Of a stretch of DNA of 64,000 nt, positions 53,267 to 62,374 are shown piece after piece. The notes under the pieces are model-generated. The model saw nothing but the letters and a program-made list of their open reading frames with translations, did no database searches and had not been told where the DNA came from. Position 1 is the first letter of the stretch, and each line of letters opens with the position of its first letter. Position numbers and translations under genes: made by a program. The stretch comes from an uncultured Candidatus Rokubacteria bacterium (GTDB taxonomy: Bacteria > Methylomirabilota > Methylomirabilia > Rokubacteriales > CSP1-6), in contig CAVYTA010000007.1 in assembly GCA_963771355.1 (NCBI GenBank), forward strand, positions 64,001-128,000, read 5' to 3'.

Positions 53267-54163
53267 TCAGTATTCCGTGTGACCGCGCAGAAGGCGGAAC
53301 TGCAGCACGGAGAAGACCAGGATGATGGCGAAGAGCACCCACGCCATGGCCGAGGCGGCGCCGAAGGCGAAGAAGTTCTGGAACGCGGTCTCGTAGAGGT
53401 GCTGGACCACGGTGCGGGTGGCGTCGCCGGGCCCGCCCTGGGTGAGGACGAACACCTGCCCGAAGATCTGGAACGAGCCGATCATGTGGGTGACGAAGAC
53501 GAAGAGCAGCACCGGGCGCAGCAGCGGCAGGGTAATGGCCCAGAAGCTCCGGATGGCGCCGGCGCCGTCGAGCGCGGCCGACTCGTAGAGGTCGCGCGGA
53601 ATATCCTGGAGCCCGGCCAGATAGATGACGAGGTAGTAGCCGGTCACCCACCACACCGTGGTGACGATGATCACCCACATCGCGGTGATCGGATCGGCCA
53701 ACCACGAGCGCGCCGGCCCGCCCAGCGCGCGCAGGTAGTAGTTAAAGGGGCCGACCACGGGATCGAGGAGCCAGAGCCAGGTCAGGCCCACCGTGACCAC
53801 GGAGAGCGTGAAGGGAAAGAAGAACGCGCCGCGCAGCACCGTCCGCATGGTCCCGCGGTTGAGGGCCACCGCCAGCAGCAGGGGAATCGCGAGGATCGGC
53901 AGCGTGCTGGCCACCGTGTAGAAGACGGTGTTGTAGAGGCTGGTGTGGAAGCGCGTGTCCTCGAGGAGGCGCTCGTAGTTGGCGAGCCCGACGAAGGCCT
54001 GGGCGGGCCGGCCCAGGCGCGCATTGGTGAAGGAGAGCCGTAGGCCATCGAGCAGGGGATAGAGGCGGAAGGCGGCGAAGAGCAGCAGGCCGGGGGCGAG
54101 GAAGAGATACGCCGTCAGCCAGCCCCGCCGGGACACGGTCCCCCCGCGCCGCCCGCGTCGCAT
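53267..54163 (-). CDS. carbohydrate ABC permease
   Basis: FVGLANY, LYESAALDGA, TQGGP. Confidence 0.92.
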   Translation of the reverse strand: MRRGRRGGTVSRRGWLTAYLFLAPGLLLFAAFRLYPLLDGLRLSFTNARLGRPAQAFVGLANYERLLEDTRFHTSLYNTVFYTVASTLPILAIPLLLAVALNRGTMRTVLRGAFFFPFTLSVVTVGLTWLWLLDPVVGPFNYYLRALGGPARSWLADPITAMWVIIVTTVWWVTGYYLVIYLAGLQDIPRDLYESAALDGAGAIRSFWAITLPLLRPVLLFVFVTHMIGSFQIFGQVFVLTQGGPGDATRTVVQHLYETAFQNFFAFGAASAMAWVLFAIILVFSVLQFRLLRGHTEY

Positions 54164-54192
54164 GATGGCGCGTCGCTCGGTAGGCGCGCGGA

Positions 54193-55470
54193 TCAGACGG
54201 GAAGCGCGTTGATCTGTCGGGCCAGGTCCTCCATCGCGGCCCGGCCGGGCTTCTGCGCGATGTAGACGCTCTCGATCACCGGCCGGGTGAGGTTCTCGGC
54301 GGCCACCCAGCGTGGGCTCGACTGGCCGACCTGCCAGTTCGCGCCCTGGGACATGAGCACACGGAGCACGGGATCGGCGGCGATGCGCGGATCGCTGTGG
54401 GCCTTCCGCGACGCCGAGATCTGGCCGGCCTTGAGCGTCCACTCCGCCACGTGGTCGGTCATCCAGCGGATATGCGTCCAGGCCGCGTCGCGCTTGGCGG
54501 CGTCGGCGGCCTTGGGCTTGGGGAAGGTGAACTGATGCGGCATGGACCACACCACCGGCTGCTTGAAGAGCCGCGGCACCGGCGCCGCCGCGAACTCGAC
54601 CTTGGCCTCCCGGAGGCCGGTAAAGTTCCACGAGCCCGCGATCCACATGCCGAGCTTGCCGGCGATGAAGGCGTCGCGGCAGCTCGCATTGGCGGGGGGC
54701 GCGATCTTGAGCGGCCCGAAGAGATTGCCCCAGAACTCGGCCACCTCGATGGCGGCGGGGTCGGCGAGCGCCGAGCGCTTGAGATCGGACGTGAAGACAT
54801 TGGCGCCGTTCTGCCAGAGGAGGTTGTGGAAGCCCCAGGTGTACCGGCCCGGCGCCACCGTCCCGATGGCGACGCCGAAGCTGTCGCCCTTGGACATGGC
54901 TTTCGCCATCGCGATGAGCTCGTCGCGGCTGCCCGGCACCTTGGGCCGCCCGTCGGGGCCCACGAGGCCGGCTTCCTTCATCACCTTCACGTTGAGATAA
55001 AGGACGTGCTGCGGGACGTCGAGCGCGATGGAGTAGCGCTTGCCCTCGTAGGTGCCGCCCTGCCAGGTGGCCGGCAGATAGTCGGGGGCGCGGAAGCCCT
55101 TGTTCCCGAGCACCCCCTCGTCGATCACTTCCAGGACCCCGTCGCTGGCGAAGTGCGGCACCTCGACGGTGTGGATCAGCGCCAGGTCGGGCCCTTCGCC
55201 GGCCGGCACCGACACTTGCAGCTTCGCGTAGAGGTCCGCCCAGGGGATGCGCTGCTGCTCGATCTTGATGCCGGTCTCGCGCGTGAACTGGTCGATGAGC
55301 TCGTCCATCACCTTGCCGTCGGCGCCGGTGAGCCCGTTCCAGTAGGTGATGGTGGGCTTCGCCTGCGCGGCGGCGCGGCGCGTGCCGCCCGCCAGCCAGG
55401 CCGCGCCGCTGGTGGCGGCGGCGCCGGCGATGAATTTCCGACGGCTCACTCCAGCGTGTCTCTCGCTCAT
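54193..55470 (-). CDS. carbohydrate ABC substrate-binding protein, Tat signal
   Basis: SRRKFI twin-arginine; SBP_bac_1-type motifs. Confidence 0.9.
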   Translation of the reverse strand: MSERHAGVSRRKFIAGAAATSGAAWLAGGTRRAAAQAKPTITYWNGLTGADGKVMDELIDQFTRETGIKIEQQRIPWADLYAKLQVSVPAGEGPDLALIHTVEVPHFASDGVLEVIDEGVLGNKGFRAPDYLPATWQGGTYEGKRYSIALDVPQHVLYLNVKVMKEAGLVGPDGRPKVPGSRDELIAMAKAMSKGDSFGVAIGTVAPGRYTWGFHNLLWQNGANVFTSDLKRSALADPAAIEVAEFWGNLFGPLKIAPPANASCRDAFIAGKLGMWIAGSWNFTGLREAKVEFAAAPVPRLFKQPVVWSMPHQFTFPKPKAADAAKRDAAWTHIRWMTDHVAEWTLKAGQISASRKAHSDPRIAADPVLRVLMSQGANWQVGQSSPRWVAAENLTRPVIESVYIAQKPGRAAMEDLARQINALPV

Positions 55471-55521
55471 GACGCCTCCCTTGGCGCGGTGGAACGCGGA
55501 TCGGCTCGCTCGCCGGCCCCG

Positions 55522-55591
55522 ACTCTAGGCGCTCCCTTGCGGCCTGTCAAACCCCCCCCGCGTTGACAGGGCGGGGGCGGGCCCCTAGACT
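55522..55591. promoter_or_regulatory. back-to-back sigma70 promoters
   Basis: minus TTGACA-N17-TAGAGT (55550-55522); plus TTGACA-N17-TAGACT (55563-55591). Confidence 0.75.
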
Positions 55592-55639
55592 CCGCGGCGC
55601 GGAGACTACCCGGCGGACGATCGAGAAGGAGAGCGCTTC

Positions 55640-57139
55640 ATGGGACGCATCGGCATCGACCTCGCGCGGCGCATCGGCGCCGTGGACCGGCGGATCTTCG
55701 GCAACTTCATCGAGCATCTCGGCCGCTGCATCTACGGCGGGATCTACGACGAGGGCTCGCCGCTGAGCGACGCGCGGGGGTTTCGCAAGGACGTGCTGGA
55801 GGCGGTGCGCCCGCTCCGGGTGCCGCTCCTCCGCTGGCCCGGCGGCAACTTCGTCAGCGGCTATCACTGGCTGGATGGCGTGGGCCCCAAGGATCAGCGC
55901 CCCCGGCGCACCGAGCTCGCGTGGTACGCGGAAGAGTCGAACCGGTTCGGGACGCTCGAGTTCATCGAATACTGCCGCGAGATCAAGGCCGAGCCCTTCA
56001 TCTGCGTCAACATGGGCTCGGGCACCATGGACGAGGCCCAGGCCTGGGTCGAGTACTGCAATGGCACGGGCAATACCTCGTGGGCGAATCTCCGCCGCCA
56101 GCACGGCCACCCGGCGCCGCTCGGCGTCAAGTACTGGGGGCTGGGCAATGAGATGTACGGGAGCTGGCAGATCGGGAACCTCAACGCGCACGACTACGTG
56201 AAGAAGGCGCGATCCTTCGCGACCGTCATGAAGCGCACCGATCCGTCCATCCAGCTCATCGGCTGCGGCCAGAACGGGTGGAATGACTGGGACGAGATCG
56301 TCCTCGGCGGGCTCGCCGATCTGATCGACTTCCACAGCATACACCTCTACACGGGCAGCGCCGACCACTACACCACGGTGTTCCAGTCGCATCAGGCGGA
56401 GCGGGCGGTGCGCATCTGCGCGGCCCTCATCGAGCGGGTCCGCGCCGCGCAGCAGATCGCGCATCCCATCGCCATCGCCTTCGACGAGTGGAACGTGTGG
56501 TACCGCACGCGGAGCCACGAGGATCGGGTGGGCGGCGTGGAGGAGCGCTACAACCTCACGGACGCGCTCGCCATCGCGACCTATCTCAACGGCTTCATCC
56601 GACACTGCGACACCGTGAAGATCGCCAACTTCGCCCAGCTCGTGAACGCCATCGCCCCCATCTTCACGAGCCCGCAGGGGCTGTTCCTCCAGACCATCTA
56701 TCATCCGCTCCGGCTCTACGCCGAGCATCTGCTCGAGTTCGGCCTCGACGTCCACGTGAGCGGCGAGACCTACGACCTGCCGCCCGCCCAGGAAACGGGG
56801 AGCGTCGGCCGGGTCCACCACGTGTCGGATCTCGGGCCCTTCGCCTTCCTCGACGCCGCCGCCACCTGCGACGCCGCCGGCCGGAAGGTCACCCTGGCGG
56901 TGGTGAACCGGGACCGCGATCGGGCCCATGCCGCCACCGTCGATCTGGGCGGGGCGGTAGCCACCGGAGGCCTCTCCGTGACCGAGGTGAACGGGCCCGA
57001 CGTCGGCGCGACCAACTCCTTCGCGGAGCCGCGGCGGGTGGACGCGCGGGAGCGCCGGGTGGAGCGGGGCGGGGGGCGGTTCGACTACGAGTTCCCTCCC
57101 CATTCGATCACGGTGATGCGGTTCGCGGTGACTTCCTGA
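55640..57139 (+). CDS. abfA: alpha-L-arabinofuranosidase, GH51
   Basis: FIEHLGRCIY, RWPGGNF, WGLGNE, FDEWNVW, ANFAQLVN. Confidence 0.93.
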   Translation: MGRIGIDLARRIGAVDRRIFGNFIEHLGRCIYGGIYDEGSPLSDARGFRKDVLEAVRPLRVPLLRWPGGNFVSGYHWLDGVGPKDQRPRRTELAWYAEESNRFGTLEFIEYCREIKAEPFICVNMGSGTMDEAQAWVEYCNGTGNTSWANLRRQHGHPAPLGVKYWGLGNEMYGSWQIGNLNAHDYVKKARSFATVMKRTDPSIQLIGCGQNGWNDWDEIVLGGLADLIDFHSIHLYTGSADHYTTVFQSHQAERAVRICAALIERVRAAQQIAHPIAIAFDEWNVWYRTRSHEDRVGGVEERYNLTDALAIATYLNGFIRHCDTVKIANFAQLVNAIAPIFTSPQGLFLQTIYHPLRLYAEHLLEFGLDVHVSGETYDLPPAQETGSVGRVHHVSDLGPFAFLDAAATCDAAGRKVTLAVVNRDRDRAHAATVDLGGAVATGGLSVTEVNGPDVGATNSFAEPRRVDARERRVERGGGRFDYEFPPHSITVMRFAVTS

Positions 57140-57166
57140 CCCGGTCGCGACGCCCCGGGGCGCACG

Positions 57167-57195
57167 TTGACAACCCCCGGGGCAGCGCGTAGGGT
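57167..57195 (+). promoter_or_regulatory. sigma70 promoter for tatA
   Basis: TTGACA-N17-TAGGGT. Confidence 0.55.
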
Positions 57196-57230
57196 AAGGA
57201 CGCGTCAGGTAAAGGAAAGGAGCACCAACG

Positions 57231-57419
57231 ATGTTCGGTCTTGGGTATCAAGAGCTGCTGCTGATCCTGGTGATCGTGCTGATACTGTTCGGGGCTCAGC
57301 GTCTGCCCGATCTCGCGCGCTCGCTCGGCTCGAGCGTGAAGGAGTTCAAGAAAGGCGTCACCGAGCTGAACAAGGACGATAGTGCGGCGGCGAAGAAGGA
57401 CGACGAGAAGAAGGCCTGA
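57231..57419 (+). CDS. tatA: twin-arginine translocase TatA/E
   Basis: ELLLILVIVLILFG..RLP.LARSLG..VKEFKKG. Confidence 0.95.
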   Translation: MFGLGYQELLLILVIVLILFGAQRLPDLARSLGSSVKEFKKGVTELNKDDSAAAKKDDEKKA

Positions 57420-57457
57420 CCTCGCCCGCCCAGTAGACGCCCTTCCCGTCGCCCCCG

Positions 57458-58414
57458 ATGCCCGCTGACCGCTACGCCGTAGGGATAGACCTCGGCGGGA
57501 GCAAGCTGCGTGGCGGGCTCCTCTCCGAATCGGGCCAGCTGGTGGCGCGCGTCGAGACGCACACCGAGGCCTGGAAGGGGACCGCCAGCGTCCTCGCCAA
57601 CCTCAAGCGCATCGTCGCCGAGCTGCTGGACTCCACCGACCGCTCCCGCGTGACCGGCATCGGCATCGCCGCCGCAGGGCAGATCCATCCTCAGACCCAC
57701 GCCGTCGTCTACGCGCCCAATCTGCAGTGGACCAATGTCCCGCTGCGCGACGAGATCGAGTCCCACTTCGGCATGGCCACCTACGTGGAGAACGATGTGC
57801 GCGCCGCCGCGTGGGGCGAGTATCGCTTCGGGGTGGGGCGCGGCGTGCGCAGCCTCATCGCGGTGTTCGTGGGCACCGGGGTGGGCTCCGGCGCGGTGAT
57901 GGACGGCCTCTTGCTGCGCGGCTTCAACAACGCCGCCGGCGAGGTGGGGCACACGCAGGTGGTGGTGGACGGCCTGCCCTGTCCCTGCGGGCAGCGCGGC
58001 TGCGTGGAAGCCTATGCCTCCGGGAGCGGCTTCATCCGGCGGCTCCAGACCGCGCTCGACGAGAAGACCCCCACCGTGCTGGCCCAGGAGACGGGGGGCG
58101 ATGCCTCGCGGCTCACCGCGGTCCTGGTGGCGCGCGCGGCCGCCGCCGGCGACCCGTATGCCGCGTCGCTATGGGATGACGCCCTGCGATATCTGGGCGC
58201 CGCGCTCGCCAACTACGTCACCCTGCTCAACCCCGAGATCCTCGTCCTGGGCGGCGGCGTGATGCTGACCGTGCCCTCGCTGGCCGAGGCCCTCACCGAG
58301 CGCGTCCGTCGGCACGCCACCATGATGTCGCGCGATCTCCGCGTGGTGCGCGCCGGGCTCGGCGACTCCGCCGGCATCTTCGGCGCCGCCGATCGCGTGT
58401 GGCGCCAGGAGTGA
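57458..58414 (+). CDS. ROK-family sugar kinase
   Basis: GIDLGGS, VENDV, GTGVG, GEVGH, CPCG..GCVE. Confidence 0.92.
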   Translation: MPADRYAVGIDLGGSKLRGGLLSESGQLVARVETHTEAWKGTASVLANLKRIVAELLDSTDRSRVTGIGIAAAGQIHPQTHAVVYAPNLQWTNVPLRDEIESHFGMATYVENDVRAAAWGEYRFGVGRGVRSLIAVFVGTGVGSGAVMDGLLLRGFNNAAGEVGHTQVVVDGLPCPCGQRGCVEAYASGSGFIRRLQTALDEKTPTVLAQETGGDASRLTAVLVARAAAAGDPYAASLWDDALRYLGAALANYVTLLNPEILVLGGGVMLTVPSLAEALTERVRRHATMMSRDLRVVRAGLGDSAGIFGAADRVWRQE

Positions 58415-60060
58415 GGGCCCTGGCGGCGCGGGTGCGCGCGTGGCGGCCCCTCCAGGGCCCCGCGCTGGACGTGGTGGTCTCGGTCGGGCTCGCGCTGGTC
58501 ACCCTCGCCTCGCGCTGGCCGTACCGCGCCCGCATGCTCTACAACTGGGACGCGGTGCAGTTCGCGCTCGCGCTGCGCGAGTTCGACATCGCCAAGCATC
58601 AGCCGCATCCGCCGGGCTACGTGCTCTATGTGGGGCTGGGCCGCCTGGTGAACGCGACCCTCGGCGATCCGACCCAGGCCTACGTCACCCTCGCGATGGT
58701 GTTCAGCGCGGCCACCACCTTCACCGTGTACTGGCTGGCGCGCGCGCTCTACGACCGGGTCACCGCCGCCGCGGCGGGCGCGCTCCTCGCGGTGAGCCCG
58801 CTCTTCTGGTTCTACGGCTCGGTGGGGCTCACCTATGCGGGCGAGGCCTTCGGCGCTTCGCTGATGGCGCTGCTGGCCTATCGCACCCTCGCCGGCAGCG
58901 TTCCCCACCTCTACGTGGGCGCCGTCTGTCTGGGCCTCGCGGGCGGGCTGCGCCAGTCCGTGCTCGTCCTCCTCTTCCCGCTCTGCGCGGCCTGCGCGGT
59001 GCGGGGCGTGCGGTCCCGCGCGCGGCTTACCGCCGCCGCCGCGATCCTGGTGGCCGCGGTGCTGGCCTGGTTCCTTCCCCTGGTGTGGCTCTCCGGCGGC
59101 TGGACGGCCTATCTCCGCGCCTCCACCGAGCTGTACGGCTCCACCCTGGTCCCGACCTCGCTGCTGGGCGGAGACCTCGAGACCACCTTCCGACAGGCGC
59201 GCTACGTGCTCGAGTCGGTGCTGGTCGGCCTGGGGCCGCTCGCCATCGCGCTGGGCGCCTTGCCCTTCTACGCGCGCCGCCGCGGCTGGGCCACCCGCGA
59301 GTGGTTCCTCGTGACGTGGGTGGCGCCGCCCCTGGCCTTCTACACCCTGGTGCATTTCGGGCAGGCGGGCTACGTGCTGACCATCCTGCCCGCGCTCGTC
59401 ATCCTGCTGAGCGGCGCGGTGGTGGAGCTGGTCACCGCCGGCGCCGAGCGGCTCCGCCGCCCGCAGTGGCGCTGGGCGCTGACCCTCGCCGCGGTCGCCC
59501 CGCTGCTCCTCATCAATACCGGCTTCTTCGTGAGCGCGCGCCCGGAGCCGCGCGAGTTCGACCACCGGGCCGGGGACACCTGGGTCTCGCGGGCCCGCGA
59601 CGAGGCGCATGACTGGATCCTCTCGCGCACGGCGGCGGCCTTACGCGAGCACGAGGCGGTGCTCCGTACCTATGTGGAGACCATTCGCGCGGTCTACGAC
59701 GGCGAGGACACCGCGCTCCTCACCGAGCTGGGCAATCCGCGCTCCTATCCCTGGCTGCGCCACGCGATGTTCTACCTGCCCGAGTACCCGATCTACCAGC
59801 TCTACCTCCGCGCGGAGCCGCCGGGGTTCTACTCGTCCCAGTCGTCGGCGGCCATGACCCTGACGCCGGGGACCACCCTCACGGTGCCCAGTCGGGTGCG
59901 CCAGCTCGTCTGGTTCGTGGACCACTGGGACCCGGAGATGCCGCGGCCGCGCGGGCTGCTCGAGATCCAGCTCGCCTACGGGCGCTTCCTCTACGTGCTG
60001 CCGCTGGGCCGCCGTCCGGTCGAGCACGCCGGCTACACCTTCGTCCGCGACACCCGGTAG
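58411..60060 (+). CDS. GT-C-fold-like membrane glycosyltransferase
   Basis: WDAVQF, HQPHPPGY in first loop; about 10 TM. Confidence 0.7.
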   Translation: MRALAARVRAWRPLQGPALDVVVSVGLALVTLASRWPYRARMLYNWDAVQFALALREFDIAKHQPHPPGYVLYVGLGRLVNATLGDPTQAYVTLAMVFSAATTFTVYWLARALYDRVTAAAAGALLAVSPLFWFYGSVGLTYAGEAFGASLMALLAYRTLAGSVPHLYVGAVCLGLAGGLRQSVLVLLFPLCAACAVRGVRSRARLTAAAAILVAAVLAWFLPLVWLSGGWTAYLRASTELYGSTLVPTSLLGGDLETTFRQARYVLESVLVGLGPLAIALGALPFYARRRGWATREWFLVTWVAPPLAFYTLVHFGQAGYVLTILPALVILLSGAVVELVTAGAERLRRPQWRWALTLAAVAPLLLINTGFFVSARPEPREFDHRAGDTWVSRARDEAHDWILSRTAAALREHEAVLRTYVETIRAVYDGEDTALLTELGNPRSYPWLRHAMFYLPEYPIYQLYLRAEPPGFYSSQSSAAMTLTPGTTLTVPSRVRQLVWFVDHWDPEMPRPRGLLEIQLAYGRFLYVLPLGRRPVEHAGYTFVRDTR

Positions 60061-60064
60061 GGCC

Positions 60065-61627
60065 GTGGGCCGCCTCCGGCCAGCGTGGCTGCTCGCCGCC
60101 GCCCTGGTCCTGGGCCTCGGCGTCTTCCTCATCCGCGAGCAGCAGCTCGCCGGCGTGTCGGGGTTTCCCCTGGACGACTCGTGGATCCACTTGCAGTTCG
60201 CGCGAAACCTCGCGGAAGGCCAGGGCTTCGCCTATAACCCCGGCGTGCCGGTGTCGGGCTCTACCGCGCCGCTCTGGACCCTGCTCCTCGGGGCGCTCTT
60301 CCGCCTCGTGGGCAGCGAGCCGCTCATCGCCAAGGTGGTCGGGACGGCCGCCGCGCTGGCCGCCGCCTGGCTGGCCGCGCGTCTCACGCTCGAGTGGACG
60401 GCGGACCGCGGCGCCGCCGCCGTCGCCGGCATGCTCACCGCGCTGGCCGGTCCGGTGCTGTGGGGCGCGCTCTCGGGCATGGAGGTGACGCTCGCGGCGG
60501 CGCTGGTGACCGGCGGGCTCCTCGCCCATGTCACCGGCCGCGACCTCGCCGCCGCCACTCTCCTCGCGCTGGCCGTGCTCGCGCGGCCCGAGTCGGTGCT
60601 CGTCTTCGCGCTCGTCTGGGCCGCGGGATCCTGGTCGCCGCGCCGCGCCGCGATCTTCGCGCTGGCGCTCGCCGTCATCGTCGGACCCTGGGCCGCGTTC
60701 AACCTGGCCACCGTCGGCAGCCTGCTGCCGGCCACGGCGGCTGCGAAGATCGAGGGCGGCCTGGTCGGCGTCCTGTCCGGCCACCGCGAGTCCCTCGCGA
60801 GCACCTTCGGGACGCGTCCCTGGCGGTATTTCGTCGAGTGGGCGACCTGGCTGGCCACGGTCAACGCACTCTTCCCTCTCGTGATCCCGCCCGGATTGTG
60901 GCTGCTCTGGCGCCGCGGCGGCCGGCGGCTCCTGCTGCCGGGCACCGCGCTCATCCTCCACCCGCTCGCGATGGCGCTGCTGGCGCCCTATCGCGGGCCC
61001 GACTTCCAGGAAGGCCGCTACTCGATCCATCTCTTGCCGCTCGCCGCGGCGGTGGCCACGCTGCCGCTGGCCACCCTGACGGCGTGGGGTGCGGGGTCGA
61101 GCGCGCCGCGGGCCACGGCCCGGCAGCTCCCGCGTCTCCTCGCCGCGGGGCTCGTGGTCGCCGCGCTGGCCGGCCTCTGGCCCGCGGCCACCCGCTACGG
61201 CTGGGCGGTGCAGAACATCGAGGCCATGCAGGGACATCTCGGGCGCTGGGTCGCCGCGAACACGCCGCCCGACGCGCGCCTGGCGGTCAACGATGTCGGC
61301 GCCATCGGCTATCTCTCCCGGCGCGAGGTCGTGGACGTGATGGGGCTGGTGACACCCGCCATCCTGCCCTATCGGCGGGACGGTGAAGCCGGCGTGCTCC
61401 GCTATCTCGAGCGCGCGTGCCCGGACTACCTCATCGTCTTCCCCCGGTGGTTTCCACGCCTCACCGCGATGGTGGAGCGCTTCACGCCCATCTACCGGGT
61501 GGTGCTCGCGCGCAATACCACCGCCGGTGCCGAGGAGATGGTCGTGTACGAGACCATCTGGAACCGCGCGAGCCCGGCGCCGCGCCCCTGTCCCGGCGGT
61601 GCTCGCGCGTCTACAATGGCGTGGTGA
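60065..61627 (+). CDS. GT-C-fold-like membrane glycosyltransferase
   Basis: LDDSWIHLQFARN, SGME, ARPE, DVGAIGY, DVMGLV. Confidence 0.7.
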   Translation: MGRLRPAWLLAAALVLGLGVFLIREQQLAGVSGFPLDDSWIHLQFARNLAEGQGFAYNPGVPVSGSTAPLWTLLLGALFRLVGSEPLIAKVVGTAAALAAAWLAARLTLEWTADRGAAAVAGMLTALAGPVLWGALSGMEVTLAAALVTGGLLAHVTGRDLAAATLLALAVLARPESVLVFALVWAAGSWSPRRAAIFALALAVIVGPWAAFNLATVGSLLPATAAAKIEGGLVGVLSGHRESLASTFGTRPWRYFVEWATWLATVNALFPLVIPPGLWLLWRRGGRRLLLPGTALILHPLAMALLAPYRGPDFQEGRYSIHLLPLAAAVATLPLATLTAWGAGSSAPRATARQLPRLLAAGLVVAALAGLWPAATRYGWAVQNIEAMQGHLGRWVAANTPPDARLAVNDVGAIGYLSRREVVDVMGLVTPAILPYRRDGEAGVLRYLERACPDYLIVFPRWFPRLTAMVERFTPIYRVVLARNTTAGAEEMVVYETIWNRASPAPRPCPGGARASTMAW

Positions 61628-61727
61628 TGTCGACTGATCGTCCTCGTCCCGTGCTGACGTCGTCCCGGACGGTGTAGGGGAACCCGGCGCCTCCATGCTA
61701 GTCTTGCCGTTCAAGGGAGGAACCGGC

Positions 61728-62348
61728 ATGCTACGGCTTCTGGTCGCCGCGACGACGGTCTCGGCCCTCGTTCTGTGCCTCGCCCCGGTGGCCTCCGCCC
61801 AGGTCTATCGCTGGATGGACGAGCAGGGGCGGGTGAACTACAGCCAGGGTCTGGACAGCGTCCCCGAGCGCTTCCGCTCCGGCGCGCAGTTCGTCACCTC
61901 GCCGGCGGCGCCCCCCGCCGCTGCGCCCCTGACCCCGCCGAGCCGGGCCGCGGGCGCCGTGGTGACGGGCGGCGGCACGCAGATCCGCTTCACGCCCGGC
62001 CAGGCCATCATGGTCAATGCGCGGATCAACGATGCGGGCAACGTGCGGCTGCTGCTCGACACCGGGGCCTCGGTCACCACGATCAACCCGCGGGTGCTCG
62101 CCCAGCTCGGCGTGTCGAGCCGCGACGCGGTGCGCGGCTCCATCCGCGGCGTGACCGGCCAGGCCGACACCCTCTTCGTGGTGGTGAACTCCATCGACGT
62201 CAACGGCGCCAAGACGGGTCCCATCCGCGTGGTGGCCCACGACGTGGATCTGGGCCAGAGCGATGGCCTGCTCGGTCGCGACTACCTCGACCGCTTCCAG
62301 GTCTCCATCGACAACCAGGCCGGCATCGTCACGCTGACTCCGCGGTAG
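61728..62348 (+). CDS. secreted retropepsin-like aspartic protease with DUF4124 domain
   Basis: VYRWMDEQGRVNY; LLDTGAS; GLLGRDYL. Confidence 0.85.
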   Translation: MLRLLVAATTVSALVLCLAPVASAQVYRWMDEQGRVNYSQGLDSVPERFRSGAQFVTSPAAPPAAAPLTPPSRAAGAVVTGGGTQIRFTPGQAIMVNARINDAGNVRLLLDTGASVTTINPRVLAQLGVSSRDAVRGSIRGVTGQADTLFVVVNSIDVNGAKTGPIRVVAHDVDLGQSDGLLGRDYLDRFQVSIDNQAGIVTLTPR

Positions 62349-62374
62349 CCGGCCGGGCCCGGCTCCAATCGTTA

